Of a stretch of DNA of 64,000 nucleotides, positions 1-12,226 are shown one piece after another. Under the pieces are notes generated by a model that was not told the origin of the DNA, did not search any database, and saw only the letters and a program-made list of their open reading frames with translations. A program made the position numbers and the translations under genes. The stretch comes from Rhizodiscina lignyota (taxonomy: Eukaryota), in contig ML978126.1 in the NCBI GenBank assembly GCA_010015805.1, positions 1,798,001 to 1,862,000 on the forward strand, written 5' to 3'. Position 1 is the stretch's first letter. Each line of letters opens with the position of its first letter.

Positions 1-480
1 GCTGCCCAAGCACTGTTCTTAGGTCTAGCAGGCAACGTTGCATAAGACGGGGTGGCACTTGTATATTCATGCATAACACCAAAAAATGCATTAGCGAGGC
101 GTTTTTGGGAGCGGTCATTGGGATTACACGACTCGACCTTCGATTGTACTGTACCGTTGACTAGCTGTATATAGGACCGAACAGTGCATTACTTCTACCT
201 GTGCGACTTGGTGAAGTGGAACCTATTGATAGTATAACATGTCCTAACAACACACATCGCTCTTTCCTTCACAGTTCCCACTTGAATGCTAGTGGTAATA
301 TGTTACGGGGGCTTAGCTTTTGGCCATCCCTCGGACGTGAACATTCACAGAACACATTGTTCAAATATGGCTTTCAAATCTACGCTCAAATATCAGGGTT
401 AACTTCAACTTTCAATACCCTTCCGCTCCTTCCAGCGCTATTCCACTTCTTTCAAGCTCCATAACACTATAACAGCAAAC

Positions 481-912
481 ATGCCTCTCAATTCCTCAAA
501 TGAAACGCTCTACCCCGAACACTTCGCCTACCTAACAGCGCACAATCCAGCCAACCACTCGGGCGTAACCGTCGTCCGCCGCGGTCCCCTCACCGGCAAC
601 TACACCGGTCAATACGTCTGGGCCGGCCTGCTCAACACTCCGCATCCGTCGTCGGACACATTCAAGGTCCTCAACGTGGACTTCTTCTTCGGTACTGCGG
701 ACACTTGCAGCGCGCAGGTGTGCACCGACGACGACGTCAACCATATGGATCTCTCTGCGGACCCGTTCAGCGAGATGCTCTTAACGTTTGACAATGCGAT
801 GGGTGCGGCTTTTGTAGAGCGGGACATGAAGATGGTGGTAGGCTGGTTCAAGGGGTGGGCGAGGACGCTGTTCTGGGCTTGTGAGGTGGATGAGGTGGCG
901 GAGAGGGGATAG
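481..912 (+). CDS. Hypothetical protein, 143 aa
   Basis: ATG in AAAC-ATG context after a CT-rich leader, coding-like codon usage; no family recognised. Confidence 0.6.
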   Translation: MPLNSSNETLYPEHFAYLTAHNPANHSGVTVVRRGPLTGNYTGQYVWAGLLNTPHPSSDTFKVLNVDFFFGTADTCSAQVCTDDDVNHMDLSADPFSEMLLTFDNAMGAAFVERDMKMVVGWFKGWARTLFWACEVDEVAERG

Positions 913-989
913 ATCGGCGCTACTGAGGGTGGTGCAGGTGGGAGGGCGTATAGGGATGGGTATGGAGGCGTGGAGGATGGTCAAATGAG

Positions 990-1597
990 CGTGAGCACTG
1001 ACCAGATACCTCGGGAGACATGGTGGATGGGCGTAGGTAAGGGGTAGGTGGTCGGTGACGAACATCTCAATTAAATGCTTCAACTCTAAGTAAAGCGATG
1101 CAAAGGAGACTTCTGATGTCACTATACTTGCTGCTGCACGTGCCTTTGAATTCAATTTGCCACCTAATATGGTGGTTTACCTCTACTGTGGTACATAAAT
1201 CGGGATATGGATCGCTTCTTGGCCTGGTGATTTGCTTACATGCTGGGCCGTGGCATTGGAATATGGACAGTATGCACTCTTCCGTATAGTAGTGGTACGA
1301 TGAGATCACTCCAGGATAGTCAGATGGCCACGAGCACCGGAGAGGTATCGGAGAAGAGGTAGCGGATGGATAGGGTTCGAGGAGAGGCTGTGGGTGGCGA
1401 ACATCTCAATTTCCAGCTACAATTTCATGAAACGCAATGCAAAGGAGGCCTCTGCTGTCATCATACTCACTACTTCACGTGATCTTGAATGCAATTGGCC
1501 TCTGGACTTGGTGGTTTGCCTCTATGGTGGAGCATGGGAATAGATGTAGATTGTATCTACTCTTCTGTATAGGCGTGGAACAATGAGAGTCACTTCA
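990..1597. repeat. Diverged tandem duplication, two units of about 270-320 bp (about 990-1310 and 1330-1597)
   Basis: Collinear shared blocks: cgaacatctcaatt, atgcaaaggag, tggtggttt(a/g)cctcta, actcttc(c/t)gtatag, atgaga..tcact. Confidence 0.8.
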
Positions 1598-1810
1598 ACA
1601 AAATGATGGCACTACGTCACTATAGAACGAGTGATTGCGAAGGGAAGTTCATGTGTGATTTGGTATGTATTTACAGTCCATGAACTGCTCCCATCACCTG
1701 CACAAATATGAGCAAGGGGACCACCGCCCCCGACGATAGCTATGTGATGAATCAAGTGGACGCCGTAGGGTATTCCGCCGTCGAAAATTGGTAGAGTGTG
1801 CAGGAAAGAT

Positions 1811-2365
1811 CTAGTGAACCGCGCCCTTCGCCTTCTCACCGAACAGAGGCTTGGTGAGGAAGTCCTCCAGCGACATTCGGTCCTCCACCTCGGACTCGCG
1901 CGGCTTCTCTTGTGCGACGTCCTTGGGTGCCTTGTCCTCCGAGTAGCGCTTCACGCCCCGGGCAAAGATTGCTTGCGCTGGCATGCTCCATGCCTTCGAG
2001 CGTGGCGCGTTGGTACGGTTGGCGACACTGGCAAGCGGGCGTGGCTGCGGGTTCTGAGCGCTGACAGACAAGCCGTCGAAGATGGTGTCGAGATTGGTGT
2101 CCACGGGCTTCCAGTCGAGCTTTGGAGCGTCCTTCTCGGCAGAGCCTTGCGTAGAGCTGGTGTGGGTAGCCGGGCGCGCCTTATGGTCGTGGAGGGCCAT
2201 GTCGGGAGTCATACGCATCCTCTTCCTCGACTCAAGCTCGCTCCAGTTTGGCGGCGGCTCATCTTCATGAGATCGGGGGCGTTTTGCTGTTGATGGCGGG
2301 CTGACGATGTCTCTTGCTGGCGGTTTAGAGTTCTTGCGACTGAAGAGCCTGCGGAGCTTGTCCAT
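1811..2365 (-). CDS. Hypothetical basic/disordered protein, 184 aa
   Basis: ATG in CAAA-ATG-G context after a CT-rich leader; NLS-like KRPR and RKRMR. Confidence 0.6.
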   Translation of the reverse strand: MDKLRRLFSRKNSKPPARDIVSPPSTAKRPRSHEDEPPPNWSELESRKRMRMTPDMALHDHKARPATHTSSTQGSAEKDAPKLDWKPVDTNLDTIFDGLSVSAQNPQPRPLASVANRTNAPRSKAWSMPAQAIFARGVKRYSEDKAPKDVAQEKPRESEVEDRMSLEDFLTKPLFGEKAKGAVH

Positions 2366-4517
2366 TTTGGGAGAAGAACGTGGTTGAGGTAGTTGTGAAT
2401 CGAGATTGAGAATTGATCGAGGTTGAAGCTGGTGAGCGAGGATGCTTAAAAAGAAAAGAAGTTTGTGGGTGACTTCAGAAGCCCAGCTCTGCCCCGCGGA
2501 CTAGGGAGGAAATGGTGATGTCCCAGCTCTTTCCTGCTCTTCTCTGTGCGTTGACGGCGCGAAATGGCTGCCTAGATGGCAGAGAGAGTGTTCCAGTGAC
2601 GCTGTTTCAGTGCCGCGGTGCTTGAGCGTCACCTGGGCTCAGAGACGAGGCAATGGCAGGCGGCAGAGGGTGATAAAGCGAGGTCAAAACAAATGAGGCG
2701 TATCGTATCTTCTCCGCACCGCCCGTGATGTCAGCAGCAACAGCAGCAGCCTCAAACGGTCAAACGGTGGGCTGACGCTCTGGGAAATTGTGGCGTCAAA
2801 TCTCGGAGGGGGCGGAGGGCAGCGAACCGAACCGCTGCCAGCCGCTACCTTAGTCTAACCGTAGCGCCGGGTAAAAGCTCCGTGGCCTTGTTTCTAATCG
2901 GCTGAATTCTCCGACCTTTCCTCCCCTGCAGCCCAAGCGTTCACGCACCAACAACAACAACAACCAACCAGTGCTTGAAATTCTCCGGCGTTGCTCATAG
3001 GTCGCCTTTCATGTGGTGCTATCAGTGCGACAGCAGCATATACACCCAGGTTATGGATTTCTCCAAAGCAATCAGCAGTTGTTAACATGATGGCAGACAC
3101 TTGCGCACTCTCCATGAGGTGTTCGATAGAATTTCAATGCTCCAGCCAGAACCTGCACTCTCCCGTCCAGCTGCAGCTGCGGCTGCTCCCTTTGCATGAA
3201 GGCCAAGGCGAAATGCTCCGCAATACGCCGGCCATATGCTATATCGCGCCTACAGGTCGAGATCCTGCGGGTTGCTGCAGTATAACGTGACACCCCAGCA
3301 CGCTACTCCAATGAACCTAACATTCGCTGGCCTTCGCAGCGAGACAATGTTTTTGGTGAGAGCAATCGAAACTATTGGGTAATTACTTATAAGAGTATGT
3401 AAAGATCACCCACCTCCGTTAACCCTATTCGCACTAGAAGCGCCAGGTCAAGCCAAAGATTGTGCAAGCGATGCGAAAGCTATCACCAAGATGTGAAAAG
3501 GCGTTATAAAGAAACAAAGGCGCCTAACAAAGGCGCGTGAGGTTTTTAATCAGGCGCGAGCGCCGGTTGGCCTTATTGCTCCTCTTCTCCACACGCTCGA
3601 TCGGCCGGACAGTGCTCTTCTCCCCCAGGGTTTCGTATCTGTATCGGCCGCCTCGTTCTGAGGTAACCCAGATAGAGCAAGATCAAAGCCCTCTTTCGGG
3701 GCGCAGCAACTGTCGATGCCAAGAACTACGGGTCACTGACTCGACGGTTTTCAGCTGCCGTCCTCCACTTCAGAGCCCATTTCTGTTCCCTTCAAGGTTG
3801 ATGCTAGAAAAATTGTGGCAGTCAACAGCGGGTTGGAGGACTACATACCTTACTGCATGTTTACTTGATGGTTTCAGCTGGTTAATCTGGTTGGAATGAG
3901 CTAGAAGATAATGTACGTTATCTCACTCGAGTCCGAGAACTTAGACAAACCTTTTCGTGCTCAAATTGACGATGCTCTCAAATTCCAAGATGCATTTCTC
4001 TTCCTTTGAAGCACCTCGAGACTCTCTTCTACAAGCCCGTAAAATTGGCCCAAATGAACCTAATACATGACGCGGCTTCTAGAGCAAGACCTGCCTTCTC
4101 CAGACCAGCCATTTTGGTAGTGACTGCTTCGATTTCGACTATCGTGGATAGGAAGACTCTCGTGCCTCACCTCTTATTGCTCAATGCTCACTAGGTTCCA
4201 TAATATGTATCGGCGGGCCCCGAGGGCATCACAAGTCAATATGGCACCATTCCACGAGGTGTTAAAGCCTTAGAGGGCAGGCACGTGTCACCCACGCATT
4301 TTACGTCGGAAGCAACTCTTGGAAGGCGTGATGCAGCATGCCCTGGTTTATAAAATGACCTTGAACCTTAGGAATTAACTTCCTTTCTCTTCTTCACCAC
4401 TCCTAACTTCAGCAAACCGACGCCACAAAGCTCTCCAGTTCAATCAACAGTCGACGGCCACATATCAAATCACTCTACTAGCCCCTAGCGCTACAAGAAC
4501 TTTCACAATCTCTAAAC

Positions 4518-4872
4518 ATGAAGCTCCTCTCTATCCTCGCTGCTGCCAGTGTTGTTGCCGCTGCTCCAGTCGGCAACTCCGACTCCAAGTCTGTCCAGGG
4601 CCGAGATATCGTATGCGCCGTTGTCTGTGATATCGAGGTGGCCAACTGTATGGAGGTAAATTTACAGTCCCTCGTCCTTCACTGCCACTGAATGTCCACT
4701 AATACCGGCCCACAGGGTGTCACGCCACGTACTCGTCCGATCTGCCTCGCTGTGGTCTTCAACGACGAGACAGTGAGTGTTTGATTATTGTCCTTATATG
4801 TGATACAACATGTTACTAATGGTGTCTTAGAACCCATATTGCAGTTCTTGCGCGCCTACCCTCAAAAACTAA
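4518..4872 (+). CDS. Small secreted Cys-rich protein, 78 aa, 3 exons (4518-4655, 4716-4772, 4831-4872)
   Basis: Spliced product MKLLSILAAASVVAAAPVGNSDSKSVQGRDIVCAVVCDIEVANCME|GVTPRTRPICLAVVFNDET|NPYCSSCAPTLKN*; both introns phase 0, GT..CTAAT..YAG; TATAAAA near 4348. Confidence 0.85.
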
Positions 4873-5632
4873 AAGGCTTACACCTTCTCTCCCTTCTACC
4901 ACGATTGTGGCATCGGCGCCTGTCAACCTTATCTTTGAGACGGATACCAACTCAATTCGATGCATCGATGATGGTTGAAGAAAGGGTATAATGGTTCATG
5001 GGAGCGAATGGGAGGAGCCATCCTGATTTAGATTTGGCCTTATTGGACGACAAGCACGGACGAGTGACAGGTTTCCCTTCATAGGCAGAAGAAAAACTCC
5101 ATCGGGGGCTACTGGGTATCAAGTGCACTACTGCTAGGACTTGGACAGCTACATAGCAAATCTATCAAAGTGCACTCATTCATTTTCACTTCTTAGTTCG
5201 TAGTGTGATTCCAAGAGTATGAAACATCTGCCAATTGCCATCGCCAATCGCTAGTACACGAACATGAAATTCAATCCAATGACTATATCATATTAGCAGA
5301 TGATATTTCATAGTCGGCTGACTGAGGAAAAGCTGGTACACATGCAGAGTAGCACCACATATGGCCCTGAGGGTGATAAAATAGTTGGTCAATGATATAT
5401 TACACATCGCTAGGAATTTAAAGATTTCCATTGATCCATTGTGTTCATGAGATTCACCAAGCGCCTGCATGTGATAATGTCTATTTAACATTTCAACACC
5501 TCAAAAGCTGCCTAAGCTGTGTGAATAACCGCCAGTGTTTGCGGTCCCATTTGATGCCCACTTGCGCCCTAGACACTCCCTGTCTTCCTCGTCCTCATTG
5601 CTCTTTAAGCCCTGCCCATCCTCCTCTCTCCC

Positions 5633-6140
5633 CTACTGCTCCAAATCTGCCTCCACTTCAAGTTGCTTGACCTGCGCCTCCACCTCGACCATAAAGGAGT
5701 CCTTGAGTTCCGCAGGTGCCACATCAAGCATTGCCTGGATCCTTTGATGTTCAGGGATAATTTGGGCAAGGTAGGTTCTGAACTCAACCCGCGCTACATA
5801 TATGTTGCGAGTGGCGTCTAGAAACCAGTCCTTGACCTGTTGAGCGCGAGCTTTGTACTCGTCCGTGATATTTGTATCAGCCTTTAGGCATTGAAACTGC
5901 TCGAGGATTTGCTCATCGGGAACCTTTATTGCGGCCTGGTATTCATCAGCAGTAAGCGATGGTCAACAACTTGCCCAGTCCACATACAATTCGCCTCTCG
6001 TTTTCCAGCATATGCGTGTGCAAAGCAAATTTGCGGATGAGTTCAGGATCTTTGCCGAAGATCTTCTCCGTTATCTCTTTCTTTCTCGCTTTGTCTAGAT
6101 CGGCCGACAACTTGCTAAAGTGTCCATGTTGTGTAGACAT
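5633..6140 (-). CDS. Hypothetical helical protein, about 150 aa, 2 exons
   Basis: MSTQHGHF...ENERRI joined through a GTATGT..CTGAT..CAG intron (about 5936-5987) in frame to AAIKVPDEQ...EADLEQ*. Confidence 0.7.
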
Positions 6141-6780
6141 GTTAGGAAGGAGCTTGAGAGGAAGGTTGAGTGAGTTGTTATAGAGAAAGTATATAAATTG
6201 CAAAAGCAGTATATGTAGGAAAAGTCTTGTGCCCGCTAAGCGTAATACAACTGTGACGTTATGCGAAAGTATTAACAATACTTCCCGCGGTGTTCACGTC
6301 TCAAACACACTTTAAAGTTCCGAGACGACACCGGCAAAGTGTCACCTGCATAAGACTGTCTCAATCGTAAAGAAAGAGCTTAAACTGCTTGAGATGTGTT
6401 GTGGTCACATGCAGTTTGAAGGATGAAGAGAGGATGGCAGTGTACGCCCAAACCAGATTCGTCAACATCAAATTGAATGCCAGCTTCTTACCGAATGCTA
6501 ATGCTGACGCCATCGTTTATGACTGCATGCAAAACTGATCCTGAACTCTTTTATCCCATGTGTATCTCTTTGCATTTTGATCTATTTCCGACGCACTGGT
6601 ATCTAAACCTAATTGTGCTTCAATTCCAGATTTGAAACTCTTTGGTTTACGTTTTAGTTACCTGTCCAGCCGAGGATAACGCTCAATAGATCCAGTCACC
6701 AGCAGCCTTTAGTTCTGCCATTCTTTCTAATGCCAGCTTTCTCAAGGGCGTCGTATTGTTGGGTTTCAGCTTCGAATTCT

Positions 6781-7910
6781 TTAGGGGTCCCTCCGACTTC
6801 TTATCAACTCATACTCATCTCCTTCCGCCAGCGGCATATCAATAATACGCAACTCATCTTCCATTTCAGGATCTAGAACTTTCGCGAGCGTTTGGCGCAC
6901 GAGAACAGGATCCTTGACTGTGTAAGGATCGAGGCGTTTGAAGACTGGAATCAAGGGCTCCAGCATTGGGGTGGTATCTTGTACTCTCACAGTCCCTCTG
7001 TAGGCAGCTGCCTTATATTGTGCGGCACGAAGGGCCTCGATTGATGGCGGCTTCTGCATGCGCCAATACTTCGATATGGCCAGTGCTACTTTGCCGAGTT
7101 CCCAGTCGCTCCTTTCCTGAAGATTCGTTTCCCATTTCGCAATCCATCCACCAGTTGCCTATAATAATGACTGGTCAGCGACAATGGAAACAGAAAGCCG
7201 TTGGTTACATACCTCGCCCAGGCGCAACCGCCTCGGATTTTGCTCCAACAGCGTATCCCAAAAATCACACCCTCTGGGCTTTTGCTTGTCAGGATTATGG
7301 GCTCGAGTTTTGTGGGTCTTCGCATTCGCAGTATCGGCTTTGGGCTCCAACGCTTCAGACCTTTTCGATTGGTTTGACGGTGTCGAAGGGTGCTTCTAGA
7401 CTTCCGATCCGCAGCGCTTCTTAGTGATGATGTGCGTGCTTTCACTGTCAGAACTGACCTCAGATTCGGCATCCGATGTCACGATGTTCGGCGATGTAGC
7501 TGTGGGCTTCGGTGGAGTAAGGATCGCGTATTCATCGCGCTCCTACAAAAGATGTCAAATACCGAACCAAACCTTACATACTCCAGTCGCAGCTACTTAC
7601 TCTAGACTTGAACTGCTGTAGTCTCCAAAGGCGAATCTTGATCTTCTCGCTTTTCTACATTTCGTCGAGTTGCACGTCTGCAGCGTCCAGTGCTTTCACT
7701 TTCGATCCCGACGCACTGACTGGGTCACAAATTGATGCGTGTTCCGGGTATTTGGTAGCCGATCCACAAATGGCTGATGGATACTGGTATTGCTGTCCAT
7801 TTCGCGTTCGAACACTTTTGTATCGATGTCAATGCCGATACAACAGGCCCAATACGGGTTTCTCGTGTCACGGAGTCGAGATTCGATGCCCATATCGTTG
7901 GCTTTGACAT
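6781..7910 (-). pseudogene. Decayed multi-exon gene of unknown family
   Basis: Two canonical introns (GTAAGT near 7600, GTATGT near 7210) link one reading frame that carries in-frame TAG stops at 7655-7657 and 7396-7398; 5' end is frameshifted. Confidence 0.55.
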
Positions 7911-8189
7911 GGTGCGGAACTGTTCTTTATGGGCCCCAATACAGTTAATGTGAATGCTAATGGCAATCTCTTTCGTGCAGTGCGGACTTCTGGCTTATGG
8001 AGGAGAGTATAATGCTCAAGGAGAATGTAGATAATAAGAAGTATACTTAGGGGAACTTTCTAACCATGGTATGATCGACCTCATTTAATACGGATATTGG
8101 AGATAAGGGAGCCATCTAACCTACTCCTATTGAGCTTCCCACCCTACACAAATGTATTTACCTCTCCGGATGTTTCGCTTATACTATGC

Positions 8190-9020
8190 GCTACTGACGT
8201 GATCGAGCTGAGGCTGCCTTGGCTTGTACTTGTGGGAGGACATAGTCCTGGTGTATTATCGTCCTTCGCCATGATTGACTGAGCGTGGAGATTGGGGACG
8301 GCCGCCATCGGTCAAGGTACTCCTTGATGACCTCGTCCTGCTCTTTGTTGCTTGATCTAAGGGATATTGAGATAAAGGTTCTCTTGTCTTTTTCTTCAGA
8401 ACAGGGTTTCATCCTAAGATACGACAATATGTATCTGTGTGGCAGCTGCTTATTCGATTGTCGAGGTGAAGTCTGAAGACTTGGACTACGCGCATTTCGC
8501 TTCTCAATACGCTCGTGGGTAGATGCAGATCGATGTCACTGGGAGGAGAGAGGAAGGAGAGGCCAGAGACACGACGATTGAGTCGGCTGCTGTTGGATTG
8601 GACTACGTTTAAGGGGTAGCGTGTCTTCGTGCTATTGTAGAACTTTAGAGTCAGCGACAGCCTAGAAAATGCTAGGAACACGGAAATCAGGACTTGATAA
8701 AGAGGATTACCAACCGATATCACCAACCTCTCCGAGTTTTAGTGGTACTGAAGCACGTCGTCCAGTGCTAGTGGGTCATCGCTCAACGGAGGCAGTTGAA
8801 TGAGTTTCATATGTACTCAGCTACAGAAGTACAGCGGATCCATTGCGAACATGATGATTCCAAAGCACTCAATCGCGACGCGCTATGATTTCAATCTGCC
8901 ATGGCTGAAGAAAGCCGTTGCGAGCGGAAGTGGCGAGACACTTATTCCCTTGTTCCCGATGAGAGTCTCGATATCAAAGCGCAGGGAGCGAGTGCCTAGT
9001 TATAATGCCTGCGCTAGAGC
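8190..9020 (-). pseudogene. Possible decayed coding sequence
   Basis: One Leu-rich frame continues into ORF 8409-8726 through several TAA/TAG/TGA stops; no family recognised. Confidence 0.3.
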
Positions 9021-9730
9021 CTAGCAGCAATTCCACTGAGAGGCTGACGAGTTTCGCAAGCTTTTTCAGTGTCCTGAAGATTCCAAACTTTGTCTTATTT
9101 CTCTTTCAGTCTATTCTTAGATGGGAACATATCGTCAACTAGCCCCATGATTGCAGGTTGCTAGTTTCGGTGTTTTAGACTCATTCTAATGAACCCAAAA
9201 GGCAACAGCCGAAGCTGCTCTACTCCGTCGAGGTACCCATTTCAAATAGCAGCATCGACGACCTGCGATGCCATATGGTTGGCCGTTTGTTTTCTCCAGC
9301 CGAAAACATTTTATACTCCATGTTTTGCTAATACGTATTTCTTTAGGAAAGCTCTGAACAGAGACGAAGAAGTTCGGCGTTTCGGTCTCTTTGCCATCTC
9401 CGTGCTGTCGTTTCGATAAGTCCGGTGGCGCACGAAGCGACAAAGAAAGAATCTATCAGCTGAACTGGGCTTCAACTATCGTCCTCCGTAATGAGGCATC
9501 TCGTCGAAAGCTGAAGATTTGGATACTTTTGTCGCATTCCCGTGCACCTGAGTCAGCGTCAGCAATACTTTTTTGCCCCTATGGGTAGTCGAGCGCAAGG
9601 TATCCTAATGTGCTCAAGTTACTTATCTTCTGAAAATGCATTTAACTCTATCTATATTTCTATGGTTGAGTCCAGATAACCTTTGTGACTCCTGTATTAT
9701 ATCGGGCTGTACTCTGCTCGCACATTGGAG

Positions 9731-11278
9731 ATGTCCCGTCTCTATACTTTCCTGCTCGTCTCCGTTCCCGCACTTCTCATTGGAATCTTCTTTGGACCAC
9801 AGCTGAACAGACTTAACACTCAAGCCGCATCTCTACTAAACACGGCGAATAATGGCGAACGTATCATATCACGGTCGGCGAAACCCCCAATTATCGTCGG
9901 CACTATTTCCCACTGGTCACACACTGAGAAGTTCATCCAAGTAGGTAAAGGCCTTATTGAGAAAGGATATGCGGTGACATTCATCGGGGGACCACTTTTC
10001 AGAGATCAGATAGAGAGTATTGGAGCAACATTCGAAGAAGTCGAGGGCTCGCCCACGACTCCTGGCTACCAGTTGTCCGATGAACTCATGGCGGAGCTGG
10101 CAAAGATGGACGTTCTCGCACCCGAGACTGCAATCTTCCTCTGGGGAAACATGTTCTTGAAGTCGATTCCCAAATCATTTCGTGCCCTCCAGCGCACCTT
10201 GAAGCGACTTGACGATGCTCGGACGATTTTCATTCACGATGTGATGTTCTTTGCTGCGACGCCGCTTTTCAGAGGCGCTGCCGGCTTACGCCCACATACT
10301 ACAATGGCGATCGGCGTTGTCCCTGCATCCTTTGAGAGTAACGACACCATGCCATACAACTCGGGGTTGTTACCGCACACAGGTCCTGATGCGCACAACA
10401 TTCATTGGCAAGCACAGCTTGAAGCTGACAAGCACCCCATTTGGTCCGGTCTCAACGCTATGATCGACGAAGTATTCGCAGAGATGGGTGCCGCACCGCC
10501 AGGTATGCGTGCTAGTACGGCCATGGGCTCATTAGCAGACATATATTGCCCGATGACGATACCCGAGTTCGACTTTACTCGAAGCGATAGTAAAGTGGAG
10601 ACGGTTTTCATCGGGATGCCGAAGACTCCAGGCCTCCCGAATCGCGAACTACCGCCTTGGTGGGAAGATATTTTGCAAGCAAAGAAAGAAGGTAAAAAAG
10701 TCATCGCCGTTTCACGGAGTAGCTTTGACGTCTCTCTCGAAAATACCATCTTGCCTGCACTCGAGGGTCTGAAAAGCAGAACAGATCTTGTGGTAGTAGT
10801 CGCGTTGGTTAATTCTGAAGTGGGAGATTTCAAAGCGGAGCACGACATACCGAGTAATGCTTACATCACAAGATTGATCCCGTTTGATCTTCTATTCCCA
10901 CATGTGAGTTCCAGCTGAGGTAAATCGACAGCCACGTTTCCATCACTAATCTGAAAGCAGGTTGATGTCCTTGTAACTAGCGCTGGGTACGGTACGATTC
11001 AGAACGCACTTCGCCACGGAGTCCCTGTTCTCAGTCATGGAGAACTTGAAGACAAGCCGCAGATTGGAGCGCTCATCCAACACACTGGCGTGGGTGTTTT
11101 CTACCAACATGCCAACCTCGATGCTCAAACTGTCAGCGATTCGGTTGACAAGCTTCTTGGAAATTCAAGCTACTTGCACACTGCACGAAAGATACAGGAC
11201 ATATACAAGGACTACGACCCGATAGATAAGCTTGATCAGCTAATCCAGGAGAGAATGAAGGCGTTTGAAGAGCTATGA
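9731..11278 (+). CDS. Family GT1 UDP-glycosyltransferase with an N-terminal hydrophobic anchor, 2 exons (intron 10904-10960)
   Basis: N-terminal SHWSH catalytic-His region; donor-binding signature IPFDLLFPH|VDVLVTSAGYGTIQNALRHGVPVL...EDK formed across the splice. Confidence 0.9.
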
Positions 11279-12226
11279 GTTTGTCTGCAGAGGATCATTT
11301 CTGGAGGTGAACTTTCAACTTCTCTGCGACAGGCCTTCACTGCGAGCTCGATGTCGTCTAGATAAACGCGAGCGCACCCGACCGAGAATCTGGATACTCT
11401 TACAGGCTGTTCGAGACCAAACAGCAGATCTGTCGCTAAACTTCCAATGGCTAGGAAATCGTCAGATCTCTTGCCCAATCTCTCGGCAATAAGCCTGCGT
11501 GCGGTTCGCTTCGTTGAATGATTGCCCTTCTGCACCTTCCCCTGCAGCAAACTTGAACCAATTTCATAACCGTGGGTGTCAACGAGATCAGGAGATCGTA
11601 AGTCGGAAGAGAAATCCAAAGTTGATAAGAGATGGTTAGTTAACGGAGCGTTCTCCTCCACCACCCTGCACGAGTTTGTTCCTGTCAGGATTGAACTCTG
11701 GACGAATCACAGCCCCAGCATGTTGAAATATTTTTAATTCGATTTCCATTTGGGAAATTTAAGCCAACCATATTATTCTGGACCACCCGATTTCGCTTTC
11801 TATGTTGTGTCGTTAGGCGCATGGCCTTCCCTATCCTCGGGTAACTACATCCTTGCTCTCTCCCGAACTAGCACTAGACCGGTCGAACGAGGGGGACACT
11901 AACCCACGTTGCGGGGTAGCGCCCTTGAAATTGAAGCCCATGACTAGAAATATAGGAAGTGTGGTACCAAACCATCCCAGCCACGTCTGGAATCAAGCCT
12001 TGGTAGCGTGGAATCAAGCGAGCGAGTCATTAGTCGCAGGATATCTTTTTCCAACGTCCTCCAACCTCTGATTCGAGCAAAAGCCGCACATGCTCAACCG
12101 CAATTATGGACTCTCCACTGTGCATACAAATATCTTTGCACCCTTGCTGTTTACCTCAGTCTTTGGGAGCTTGGACACGCTGCTACTGTTGTAGTATATT
12201 CAAACCAACGTGAGATAGCTGACAAC

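Noticed and set aside
2730..2970. Short CAG/CAA microsatellites and a tcaaacgg doublet
   Set aside because: Ordinary intergenic simple repeats
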